From positions 21,084 through 85,083 of the forward strand of contig CAAFYZ010000036.1 in assembly GCA_900767415.1 (NCBI GenBank): a stretch of DNA of 64,000 nucleotides, in the 5' to 3' direction. Below are positions 17,442 to 24,893 of the stretch, one piece after another. A program made the translations under genes and the position numbers. This DNA is from Clostridia bacterium (lineage in GTDB: Bacteria; Bacillota; Clostridia; Oscillospirales; CAG-272). The notes beneath the pieces are model-generated. The model did not search any database. It had not been told where the DNA came from and saw only the letters and a program-made list of their open reading frames with translations. How positions within the stretch are numbered: position 1 is the first letter of the stretch; every line of letters starts with the position of its first letter.

Positions 17442-18888
17442 CTCCTGGGAATTTCTGATTTTTTATCCCGTCGTCCTTCTCTTGTGGTTCACCCTGCCGA
17501 AGGTCTGCCGCCGCCCGATGCTCCTGATCGCCAGTTATTTCTTCTATATGTGCTATCAGGCGGAACTCGTCTTTTTGATTTTCGGCACGACCTTAATCTC
17601 CTGGGGCGCATCTTTCCTGATCGAAAAGAGCCAAAACAAAAAGGTGCGTCGCGCCGCCCTTGCCCTGACGCTCGTCGTCTGCCTCGGCGTTCTCTTCTTC
17701 TATAAGTATTTCAACTTCTTCACCGGCACGGTATGCGGACTGATCTCACTGTTCGGCGGGACGGTACAGCCGATCGTCCTCGATCTTATCCTCCCGGTCG
17801 GCATCTCCTTCTATACCTTCCAGACGCTCTCCTACGTGATCGACGTCTATCGCGGGGACATTCATACCGAGAAGAATTTCTTCTGGTACGCACTCTTTGT
17901 GTCCTTCTTCCCGCAACTTGTCGCCGGACCGATCGAGCGTCCCGAGAATCTTCTGCCGCAGCTGACGGCGGAGCATACATGGAACCGTGACGACGCTATC
18001 AAAGGGGCGAAGCATATGCTCCTCGGCTTTTTCAAAAAGGTCGTCGTCGCCGACACGATCTCGGTCTATGTCGACGCCGTTTACAATCAGCCCTCCGGGG
18101 CGACGGGGCTTGGCGTCCTTCTCGCGACGGTTCTCTTTGCCGTGCAGATCTATTGCGATTTTTCGGGATATACCGACATCGCGATCGGTTGCGCGCGCGT
18201 GATGGGCATCCGTTTGATGAAGAACTTCGACCACCCGTACACCGCCACCTCGATCCGCGAGTTCTGGGCGCGCTGGCACATCTCCCTGTCCACCTGGTTC
18301 CGAGATTATCTCTATATCCCCCTCGGCGGCAGTCGGTGTAAAAAGTGGCGGCACATGATGAACCTTTTCATCGTCTTCCTCGTCTCGGGACTCTGGCACG
18401 GGGCGAATCTGACCTACGTCGTCTGGGGTGCGATCCACGGTCTGTATCAGATCGTCGGCAATCTTTCGCGCCCGGCGCGCGACCGCCTTCTCTCCCGTGC
18501 GGGACTTTCGGCGTCTTCCCGCGGGGTGATCCTCTGGCGCCGCCTTGCGACCTTCTGCCTTGTCTCCTTTGCGTGGATCTTCTTCCGCGCGGGGAGCATC
18601 GCCGACGCCGGCACGCTGATCGCCGCCCTCTTCACGAAGTGGTCGACCGCCCCCGCCGCCGTCTTCTCGGGCATGGGACTGACCCTTTTGCGGGCACTTA
18701 CCGTCATCGTCTCGGTCCTTCTGCTTCTTTTGCTTGACCGTCTTCTCACGCACGGCGACGGGCCGGACGGTTCCGCTCTGTATGTCCGTCGCGGCGGTTA
18801 TGTCTATCTTGTCTGGATCGTCGCGTTCGCCTGGGCTCTTCTCCTTTCCAAAGGCATGGAGAGTACCTTCATTTATTTCCAGTTCTGA
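17431..18888 (+). CDS. MBOAT family O-acyltransferase (AlgI/DltB/PatA-like)
   Basis: ORF trimmed to ATG 17431 behind GGGAGGTG. N-terminus MTFNSWEFLIFYPVV is typical of the family. Blocks ISFYTFQTLSYVIDVYRG, FFPQLVAGPI, FWARWHISLSTWFRDYLYIPLGGSR and LVSGLWHGA (catalytic His). Confidence 0.9.
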   Translation: MTFNSWEFLIFYPVVLLLWFTLPKVCRRPMLLIASYFFYMCYQAELVFLIFGTTLISWGASFLIEKSQNKKVRRAALALTLVVCLGVLFFYKYFNFFTGTVCGLISLFGGTVQPIVLDLILPVGISFYTFQTLSYVIDVYRGDIHTEKNFFWYALFVSFFPQLVAGPIERPENLLPQLTAEHTWNRDDAIKGAKHMLLGFFKKVVVADTISVYVDAVYNQPSGATGLGVLLATVLFAVQIYCDFSGYTDIAIGCARVMGIRLMKNFDHPYTATSIREFWARWHISLSTWFRDYLYIPLGGSRCKKWRHMMNLFIVFLVSGLWHGANLTYVVWGAIHGLYQIVGNLSRPARDRLLSRAGLSASSRGVILWRRLATFCLVSFAWIFFRAGSIADAGTLIAALFTKWSTAPAAVFSGMGLTLLRALTVIVSVLLLLLLDRLLTHGDGPDGSALYVRRGGYVYLVWIVAFAWALLLSKGMESTFIYFQF

Positions 18889-18906
18889 GAAGGGAGGAGA
18901 AACGTT

Positions 18907-20355
18907 ATGAAAAAACCGATAGGGAAAACCGTATGCTGTATTCTCCTTGCCCTTCTGATTCTCGCCTCGCCGGCGCTGATCGTTGGGGGCGTGATTTTCC
19001 TCACCCCGCCGCAGTACGGCGACACCTTCCTCGGCGAGCTGGATGAAAAGTTCGACCGTCTGACGGGCGTCGAAGGGGAAAAACTCGTGCTTGTCGGCGG
19101 CTCGTCGGTCGCCTTCGGCTACAACAGTGCCCTGCTCGAAGCGTACACCGGGCGCAAGGTCGTGAACTTCGGACTTTACGCCGCCCTCGGGACGAAGCTG
19201 ATGATGGACCTCTCCCGTGCCGGTATCGAAAAGGGAGACGTCGTCCTTTTCGCTCCCGAGCTGGATCCCGAGACACTTTCGCTCTATTTCAACGCCGAGA
19301 GTACGTGGCAGGCGACGGAGGGGAATTTCTCCATGCTCCGCTACCTCCCGATGAACAACAAGATGTCTCTTCTCGGCGCGTCCTTCTCTTACGCGGAAGA
19401 AAAACTCGGGTACTTCCTCGGGAAAAACGCCCCGAAACCGAGCGGCGTCTATTCCGCCTCCAGTTTTAACGAGTACGGCGACATCAACTATCCGAGAGAG
19501 AAGAACGAGATGTTCTTCTACTACGACAAGAACAAGACCATCACGCTTTCACCCGACATCTTTTCGAGCGATTTTGTCGATTATGTAAACGATTATATAC
19601 AATATTGTGAGAGCAAAGGGGCAAAAGTCTATTATACCTACTGCCCGATGAACAAGATGGCACTCTCCGACAAGACGACGGATGAGTCGATTGCCGCGAT
19701 GGAAGAATATCTTGAGCGTCATCTTTCCTGCACGATCCTCGGTAAGGCGAAGGACGCAATCTTCGAGGCAGGGTATTTCTTCGACACGAACTTCCACCTG
19801 AACGATGCGGGTGTCACCGCACACACCGCGCGCATTGTGCGCGACCTGCTCTTCGAGCTCGGGATTCCGACCTACGTCGACATCGATGTTCCGCCCGCTC
19901 CCGCCCTCCCGGCGAACGATACCCGTCTCTTTATCGAGGACGAGAACGATCGCTATTTCACCTATCGCGAAGACGAAAACGGCGGTTACACCGTCATTGG
20001 TCTGACCGAAGAAGGGAAGGCGGCGAAGACCCTGACCCTGCCGCTCGCCTACCGCTATCAGCGGGTGCTCGGCATTGCCGACGGCGCGTTGTCGGAGGGG
20101 CAGATGACCTCGCTCCGCGTCCCCGCTCCGGGGGCGGAAGGGATAAAATTCCAGTTTGAAAACGGTGCCTTTCGCGGTGCCGCCACCCTTACCGACCTTT
20201 GGCTTTACGAGAGCGATGCGACCGCTGTGATCCCGCCCTCCGGTTTCCACGGCGTCGCCGACGCTTTCCGCGTCCACGTCCCCAGAGGCAGTTTCTACGC
20301 CGAGGACTACAACTGGTCCCCGCTGAAACTCACCTACGTTTACGACGCGGATTGA
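18907..20355 (+). CDS. membrane-anchored SGNH/DltD-like protein with C-terminal BspA-type LRR
   Basis: N-terminal signal-anchor CCILLALLILASPALIVGGVIFL. SGNH-like blocks LVLVGGSSVAFG, VVNFG, GDVVLFAPE, GAKVYYTYCP and DTNFHLNDAG. C-terminal LRR-like LTLPLAYRYQRVLGIADGALS...FENGAFRGAATLTDLWL. Confidence 0.7.
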   Translation: MKKPIGKTVCCILLALLILASPALIVGGVIFLTPPQYGDTFLGELDEKFDRLTGVEGEKLVLVGGSSVAFGYNSALLEAYTGRKVVNFGLYAALGTKLMMDLSRAGIEKGDVVLFAPELDPETLSLYFNAESTWQATEGNFSMLRYLPMNNKMSLLGASFSYAEEKLGYFLGKNAPKPSGVYSASSFNEYGDINYPREKNEMFFYYDKNKTITLSPDIFSSDFVDYVNDYIQYCESKGAKVYYTYCPMNKMALSDKTTDESIAAMEEYLERHLSCTILGKAKDAIFEAGYFFDTNFHLNDAGVTAHTARIVRDLLFELGIPTYVDIDVPPAPALPANDTRLFIEDENDRYFTYREDENGGYTVIGLTEEGKAAKTLTLPLAYRYQRVLGIADGALSEGQMTSLRVPAPGAEGIKFQFENGAFRGAATLTDLWLYESDATAVIPPSGFHGVADAFRVHVPRGSFYAEDYNWSPLKLTYVYDAD

Positions 20356-20368
20356 ACGTTACGATCCG

Positions 20369-20412
20369 AAAAACCCCCGCCCCTCGGCAATGCCGAGGGG
20401 CGGGGGTTTTGT
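20369..20412. terminator. strong bidirectional intrinsic terminator
   Basis: 16-bp GC stem cccccgcccctcggca / tgccgaggggcggggg, flanked by aaaaa and tttt. Lies between convergent genes. Confidence 0.85.
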
Positions 20413-20547
20413 TGCCGATCCGTCGGGGCTTTTACACCGCTATCGCGTGTGCGTTGTTTTTCGTCGGGAGAAAGACGAAATTGCGATTTCGGTTTTACGG
20501 AGCGACACCTTGAAAAAACGGCGGATCGGCGATCGGGGACGGCGGGA

Positions 20548-22065
20548 TTATTTGTTTTCTTTCCGCTCGTTTTTCAGTTTTTCAAGGTACTCTCTTGCCG
20601 CGGTTTCCGCGTCGTCCAGGGCTTTTTCGAGAGCTTTCTTCTGATCTTTCATCTTTTCGACGGCGGCTTTCTTTCTCTCTTCGATCTCTGCCAACTCCTC
20701 TTCCGAGAGATCCGCATTTATCTTCTCCAGATACGCATCGGCTTTTTCCTGCAGAAGGTCGGCTTTTCTTCTCAAAACCTTCAACTCGACTTTTTCACCG
20801 GTCAGCAGGTCGCCGATTTCATTGAGAATATCTTTCAGATCGGCGGTCGCCGTGTTCAGGACGGACTGCACGCTTTCCGGCAGGACGTTCATCATGCCGT
20901 CTACCGACGCGATCAGCTGACGCATACTCAGAATTGCCGCTTCGATTTGCGGTCTGTATTCTTCCGCTATTTCGGAGAGACGTTCTTTGATTGCCGCTTC
21001 TGCCTGCGAAAGGGCTTCGGTGAGATCCTTCTTTGTCTGTTCGAGTTCATCGGAGGGCGGGGTATTCTTGAAGAGCTTGTCGACGTATGCTTCTATGCTT
21101 TCGATGGTGACTTCACCGTTGGAATTTCTGAGGGGGTCTGCCGATTCCATGCCGAGTGCGGAAACGATCGCGTTGATCTGCCCTTCGTTCATTGGATAGG
21201 TGCGGACATTCGCCGTGAGTTCTGCCATATCGCAGATAATCTCAAAGCAGGTTGCCGCCGAGGCATACATCTGATAGGTGCCGCCGTAATAAGCGGTCGT
21301 GGGGTGGGAGAGAAACTTTTCCATGTAGAACTGCGAGTAGACACTGTAAGCCGCAAGCGCGGTTGCCCGATCGTACGTGGCAAGGGCTTGTGCCTTGGCT
21401 TCCCGATAGGTCGCCGTAGCGAATTCTTCGATCTGCGGGGTGATGTCTTTCAGCATATCGATCAGTTGCGTATCGTCGAGCGCGATCGCCGCATCGATCG
21501 AAAGATCTCCCGTTTCCGAAACGGAGAGCGCGAGCTTGAACTTCGAGACGGTCACGTTCTGCACTGCCTCGTTGTCGGGAAATTGCTTTTTGACCTCATC
21601 CATTCTGCGGAGAAGGGAATACGCGCCCTCACCGTCCGTCGTAACGCTCAGCCCCGACTTTTTCGCCGTCGCCGTAACGGTGGTGTTGACCTTGCTTAAT
21701 ACCGTGGCGGAAAAATCGCTGTCCGCGGAGGAAACGAGGGTATCGACCACCCGGTTGGATTCGTCGAGATAGCCGTACCGGATTGCCAGGTCGGTGATCT
21801 TCTGAATGGCGGTGTCGAGGGGCTCACCCACGATCCCCGTCTCTTCGTACAGAAGGACCTGTCCGTCTTCGTTCTCGCCGCGCACGCTCACGACGCGGTT
21901 GTCCCGATCGACGATCAGTTCGACGGCGGGGTTGATGTCAAGACTTATGTATGCCTGTTTTTCCGGCTTTCCGGAAGGGTCGTCGTCTTTCGCGTTGCAG
22001 GCGGTGAGCATACACAGAGACGCCGCTGTGAGGATCGACAGAACAAGGGATAAAAATTTTTTCAT
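20548..22065 (-). CDS. lipoprotein paralogous to the anti-sigma ectodomain, with a long C-terminal coiled-coil
   Basis: ORF trimmed to ATG 22065 behind CGGAGG. Lipobox LCMLTAC. Block ISLDINPAVELIVDRDNRVVSVRGENEDGQVLL...AIRYGYLD aligns with the anti-sigma block TLEINPAVAFVTDADGTVQRITSLNEDADILL...AAKLGYLD. C-terminus is E/K/A-rich heptad-like. Confidence 0.6.
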   Translation of the reverse strand: MKKFLSLVLSILTAASLCMLTACNAKDDDPSGKPEKQAYISLDINPAVELIVDRDNRVVSVRGENEDGQVLLYEETGIVGEPLDTAIQKITDLAIRYGYLDESNRVVDTLVSSADSDFSATVLSKVNTTVTATAKKSGLSVTTDGEGAYSLLRRMDEVKKQFPDNEAVQNVTVSKFKLALSVSETGDLSIDAAIALDDTQLIDMLKDITPQIEEFATATYREAKAQALATYDRATALAAYSVYSQFYMEKFLSHPTTAYYGGTYQMYASAATCFEIICDMAELTANVRTYPMNEGQINAIVSALGMESADPLRNSNGEVTIESIEAYVDKLFKNTPPSDELEQTKKDLTEALSQAEAAIKERLSEIAEEYRPQIEAAILSMRQLIASVDGMMNVLPESVQSVLNTATADLKDILNEIGDLLTGEKVELKVLRRKADLLQEKADAYLEKINADLSEEELAEIEERKKAAVEKMKDQKKALEKALDDAETAAREYLEKLKNERKENK

Positions 22066-22070
22066 AAGAT

Positions 22071-22138
22071 AAAACCTCCGTTTCGGCAGTCGGCTTTTTG
22101 ACTGCTTTTGACCGTTAAACACGGCAACGGAGGTTTTT
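22071..22138 (-). promoter_or_regulatory. long-range helix enclosing the Shine-Dalgarno of the lipoprotein gene
   Basis: Perfect 12-bp complement aaaacctccgtt (22071-22082) / aacggaggtttt (22127-22138). On the minus strand the 3' arm contains GGAGG, 7 nt before ATG 22065. Inner hairpin gcagtc/gactgc. Confidence 0.5.
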
Positions 22139-22160
22139 ATTGCACTTTTTGCAAAAATTT

Positions 22161-23540
22161 TTATTTTTTATTCCAAAAATTTTCGAGCGAACCGTATTTT
22201 TCCGTTATCTCGTTGACAAAAGCACCGTAATCCGCTTCCGTGATCGCGCTCCGCGGCTGCTCGTAGATGCTTTGATACGCTTCGGCTCTCGAGCGAAACC
22301 GCGCCGTCCACATCGTTTCCAGTTGCGCGATATACTCCTGCACGGTTGTCGGAACACGCAGGAGGGTTTCGAGTCCGCCGACGTCGCAGCCGATGTTTTT
22401 CAGGATGCCGATATATTTTTCCGCCGAAGACTGAAAGTCCGACAAGGAGAGGGAAGAAAACACGGTTTCGAGATCCAACCCCGAAAGGAAGGAATAGACG
22501 TTGACGGCAGAGGTCAGCTCATCCGTGTCGTTGATCGTAACGCCGAATTTTTCTTTATAGGCGCAGAGCAGGTCTTCCATCTTCCGCATCAGAGCGGTAA
22601 ACTCTTCGCTCTCGCTCTCCCCCTGATATTTTTTGACCCGCCAATAATCCAGGGGCAGGAGAGAAGGATTGTCTTTGTGCATCATGATTTCGTAATTGCA
22701 CCGTGCGATCTGCTGCAGCATCTGCGCATTCAAGAGGATGTCGTTCAGGTTCTTCAACAGTTTGTCGCGCACGGTTTCAAAGGTTTGCAAGCCCATGATA
22801 TACGTCCGATAAAGATTTTGGAGTTCTTCCGCGTCCGCGTTCTCTTCCACCCGCTCTCCAAAGCGGTCGGAGAGACGGCAGAGTGCGTCGGTCAGTTCTT
22901 TGAGATCGGAGGTTTCCGCTACCCCCAGCCGTCCGCACAGCTCTTTGACGTCCGCCCGGTTTTCCACCACGACCGCATAGATCCCGTTTGTCATAAAGTA
23001 CTCTTTCAGACTTCCCGACACGGCGGAGAGGAGATTTCCGTCCGTCTCCGTACTGCTCGACAGGCGAACGGCACTTTGCGTGGCGGAGAGGTCGAGATAG
23101 CCGAGTTTTGCCGCCTCGTCGGTGTAGGCGACGATCGCTTCGGTCAGCGGTTTGTTTTTCACTTTTTCCGTGAGTGCGGGGTCGGACAGCAGAATGTCGG
23201 CGTCTTCGTTCAGCGAAGTAATGCGTTGCACGGTGCCGTCCGCATCGGTAACGAAGGCGACGGCGGGGTTAATCTCCAGAGTGAATACGAAGTGATCGAA
23301 GGCGGGCGGCGGGGGTGCCGGCGCTTTGAAAATGCCGATAAACGCAAAAACGATTGCAATCGCGACGGCGGCAAGCGCAGAGCCCGCCCCGAGATAGCGT
23401 TTGAAGAGGGGCGGCTTGGTTTTTACGACGGGGATTTTTGTATCGGTCGCCGTGACGATCGGTGCGTTTTTGACGTCTTCGCGCAGAGGCGGCGCGATAT
23501 GATCGAATTCTTCGTTGAATCGCTTTTTCCAGGATTTCAT
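22161..23540 (-). CDS. putative anti-sigma factor (single-pass membrane protein)
   Basis: Start ATG 23540 forms ATGA with the sigma stop and follows GGAAGGAGGAAG. About 60-aa cytoplasmic N-terminus, TM segment GAGSALAAVAIAIVFAFIGIF, large ectodomain. The assignment rests on context and translational coupling. Confidence 0.55.
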   Translation of the reverse strand: MKSWKKRFNEEFDHIAPPLREDVKNAPIVTATDTKIPVVKTKPPLFKRYLGAGSALAAVAIAIVFAFIGIFKAPAPPPPAFDHFVFTLEINPAVAFVTDADGTVQRITSLNEDADILLSDPALTEKVKNKPLTEAIVAYTDEAAKLGYLDLSATQSAVRLSSSTETDGNLLSAVSGSLKEYFMTNGIYAVVVENRADVKELCGRLGVAETSDLKELTDALCRLSDRFGERVEENADAEELQNLYRTYIMGLQTFETVRDKLLKNLNDILLNAQMLQQIARCNYEIMMHKDNPSLLPLDYWRVKKYQGESESEEFTALMRKMEDLLCAYKEKFGVTINDTDELTSAVNVYSFLSGLDLETVFSSLSLSDFQSSAEKYIGILKNIGCDVGGLETLLRVPTTVQEYIAQLETMWTARFRSRAEAYQSIYEQPRSAITEADYGAFVNEITEKYGSLENFWNKK

Positions 23541-24067
23541 CTTTCTTCCTCCTTCCATGCTACTTTCAGTTTGTCCGCGGCTCGTTTATATTTCGAGGTG
23601 ATCGTTCCTAACGGACGTTGAAGGATTGTTGCGATTTCTTTATGTTTATATCCCCATATCACATGGAGAATGAGGATGCGCTGTTCTTCTTCGTCCAGCA
23701 CGCGCCGCATGACGGAGGTGAGTGCGCTCCGCGTTTCCAAGCTTTCGTAGGCGTCCGTTTCGCCGACGGCGGATTCCGTCTGCCACCCGATATAGTTGGA
23801 ATTTTTGCGTATTTCGTTCAGTGCCGTGTTCTTCGCGATCTGTAAGATCCACGCCAGCCCGTTGCTGCCGGCTTTGTATTGCCCGATGTTCTGCTTGATT
23901 TTCAGATAGGTGGTCTGCATCGCGTCTTCGCAGTCGGCACTGCTTTTGAAATAGGAGAAGAGAAAGGCATATACTCCGCGCTTAGTCTCTGTGTAGAGGC
24001 GTCCGAAGGCGTCGTTGTCGCCGTGCGCGATCTGTTTCAAAGCATGGTCGATTTCCCGTTTGTTCAT
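23537..24067 (-). CDS. ECF-type RNA polymerase sigma-70 family factor
   Basis: 176 aa. Region 2 (DCEDAMQTTYLKI...) and region 4 (ILILHVIWGYKHKEIATILQRPLGTITSKYKRA) have an HTH-like pattern. Confidence 0.85.
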   Translation of the reverse strand: MNKREIDHALKQIAHGDNDAFGRLYTETKRGVYAFLFSYFKSSADCEDAMQTTYLKIKQNIGQYKAGSNGLAWILQIAKNTALNEIRKNSNYIGWQTESAVGETDAYESLETRSALTSVMRRVLDEEEQRILILHVIWGYKHKEIATILQRPLGTITSKYKRAADKLKVAWKEEER

Positions 24068-24216
24068 TGTCCGTTCCTTTCCTATCCGTTAAACAAAACG
24101 GAATCGGATTTTATTGCATAAAAAGAAAAAATTTACAGGGAGAGCATCGCGGAGTGCAATGCCGAAAACGGCGGGCGGGAAGCCGCAGACTTTCCGCAGG
24201 AGCGTCTCGTGATTCT

Positions 24217-24245
24217 ATTATATCACTTGTTTTTCAAAATCGCAA
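24217..24245 (-). promoter_or_regulatory. sigma-A type promoter of the ECF sigma operon
   Basis: On the minus strand: TTGCGA (24245-24240), 17-nt spacer, TATAAT (24222-24217). Predicts a ~140-nt leader before ATG 24067. Confidence 0.65.
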
Positions 24246-24246
24246 G

Positions 24247-24808
24247 TGCCGCAGAGCGCGATATGGTGGAATCTGCTCTTCGCGGCGCGGTGCGCCGTGC
24301 GATCTCTGGGGGATCCGAAGAGCAGTGTTCGAACCGCGGGTGCTATCCTTGCGTCGGCAGAAAACAGAGGTAGGCAAAACGCACCCGCGGTCGAAAAGCC
24401 CCGGGGCGCATAAAAAGGCACCCCCACATCGGGGGTGCGCAGAGCGCGATATGGCGGAATCTGCTCTTCGCGGCGCGATGCGCCGTGCGATCTCTGGGGG
24501 ATCCGAAGAGCAGTGTTCGAACCGCGGGTGCTGACTCGGCGCAGAGAAGAGCGAAAGAGGTGCGACGCACCCGCGGTCGAAAAGCCACGGGGCACACAAA
24601 AAAGCACCCCGTATTGGGGTGCGCAGAGCGTGATATGGCGGAATCTGTTCTTCGCGGCGCGATGCGCCGTGCGATCCCACGGGGATCCGAAGAGCAGTGT
24701 TCGAACCGCGGGCGCTATCCTTGCGTCGGCAGGAAACAGAGGTAGGCAAAACGCACCCGCGGTCGAAAGGCCATGAGGCACACAAAAAAGCACCCCGTAT
24801 TGGGGTGC
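24247..24808. repeat. three tandem ~186-nt structured units, each ending in a GC hairpin (candidate tRNA-distal ncRNA array)
   Basis: Units start at 24247, 24436 and 24620. They share the helices ctgctcttcg/cgaagagcag, cggcgc/gcgccg, gatcYc/gggatc, ccgcgggYgc/gcacccgcgg and gcacccc/ggggtgc. The apical insert differs in the middle unit. Functional strand is unresolved (see findings). Confidence 0.8.
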
Positions 24809-24815
24809 TTTTTTG

Positions 24816-24890
24816 TGGTGACTCGTGGCGGAATCGAACCGCCGTTACAGCCGTGAAAGGGCCGTGTCTTAACCTCTTGACCAACGAGCC
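24816..24890 (-). tRNA. tRNA-Glu (anticodon UUC)
   Basis: Minus strand: ggctcgttggtcaagaggttaagacacggccctTTCacggctgtaacggcggttcgattccgccacgagtcacca. Acceptor ggctcgt/acgagtc, T-loop ttcgatt, encoded CCA. Confidence 0.93.
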
Positions 24891-24893
24891 GAA

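Noticed and set aside
20449-23621. Plus-strand ORFs of 416 aa (20449..21699) and 493 aa (22140..23621).
   Set aside because: They are antisense to the lipoprotein and anti-sigma genes. Those genes have RBSs, a signal peptide or TM segment, and translational coupling. The plus-frame products are Arg/Phe/Gly-rich nonsense.
24331-24355. ECF-type promoter-like motif GAACC-N16-GCGTC on the plus strand, inside repeat units A and C.
   Set aside because: It is missing from unit B. It lies inside a predicted helix and points toward convergent tRNA genes with no downstream target, so a chance match is more likely.
24247-24808. CRISPR array interpretation of the tandem repeats.
   Set aside because: The units are ~186 nt and directly abutting, with no unique spacers. 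There is no leader and no cas genes in the window.
24247-24808. Reading each unit as a (pseudo)tRNA because of the ggttcgaa and tggcggaatc motifs.
   Set aside because: No acceptor stem, D-arm or anticodon arm can be drawn. The two T-arm halves are separated by a ~55-nt three-way junction, and one half also takes part in the long ccgcgggtgc/gcacccgcgg helix. I keep it only as evidence of relatedness to the adjacent tRNA-Glu gene.
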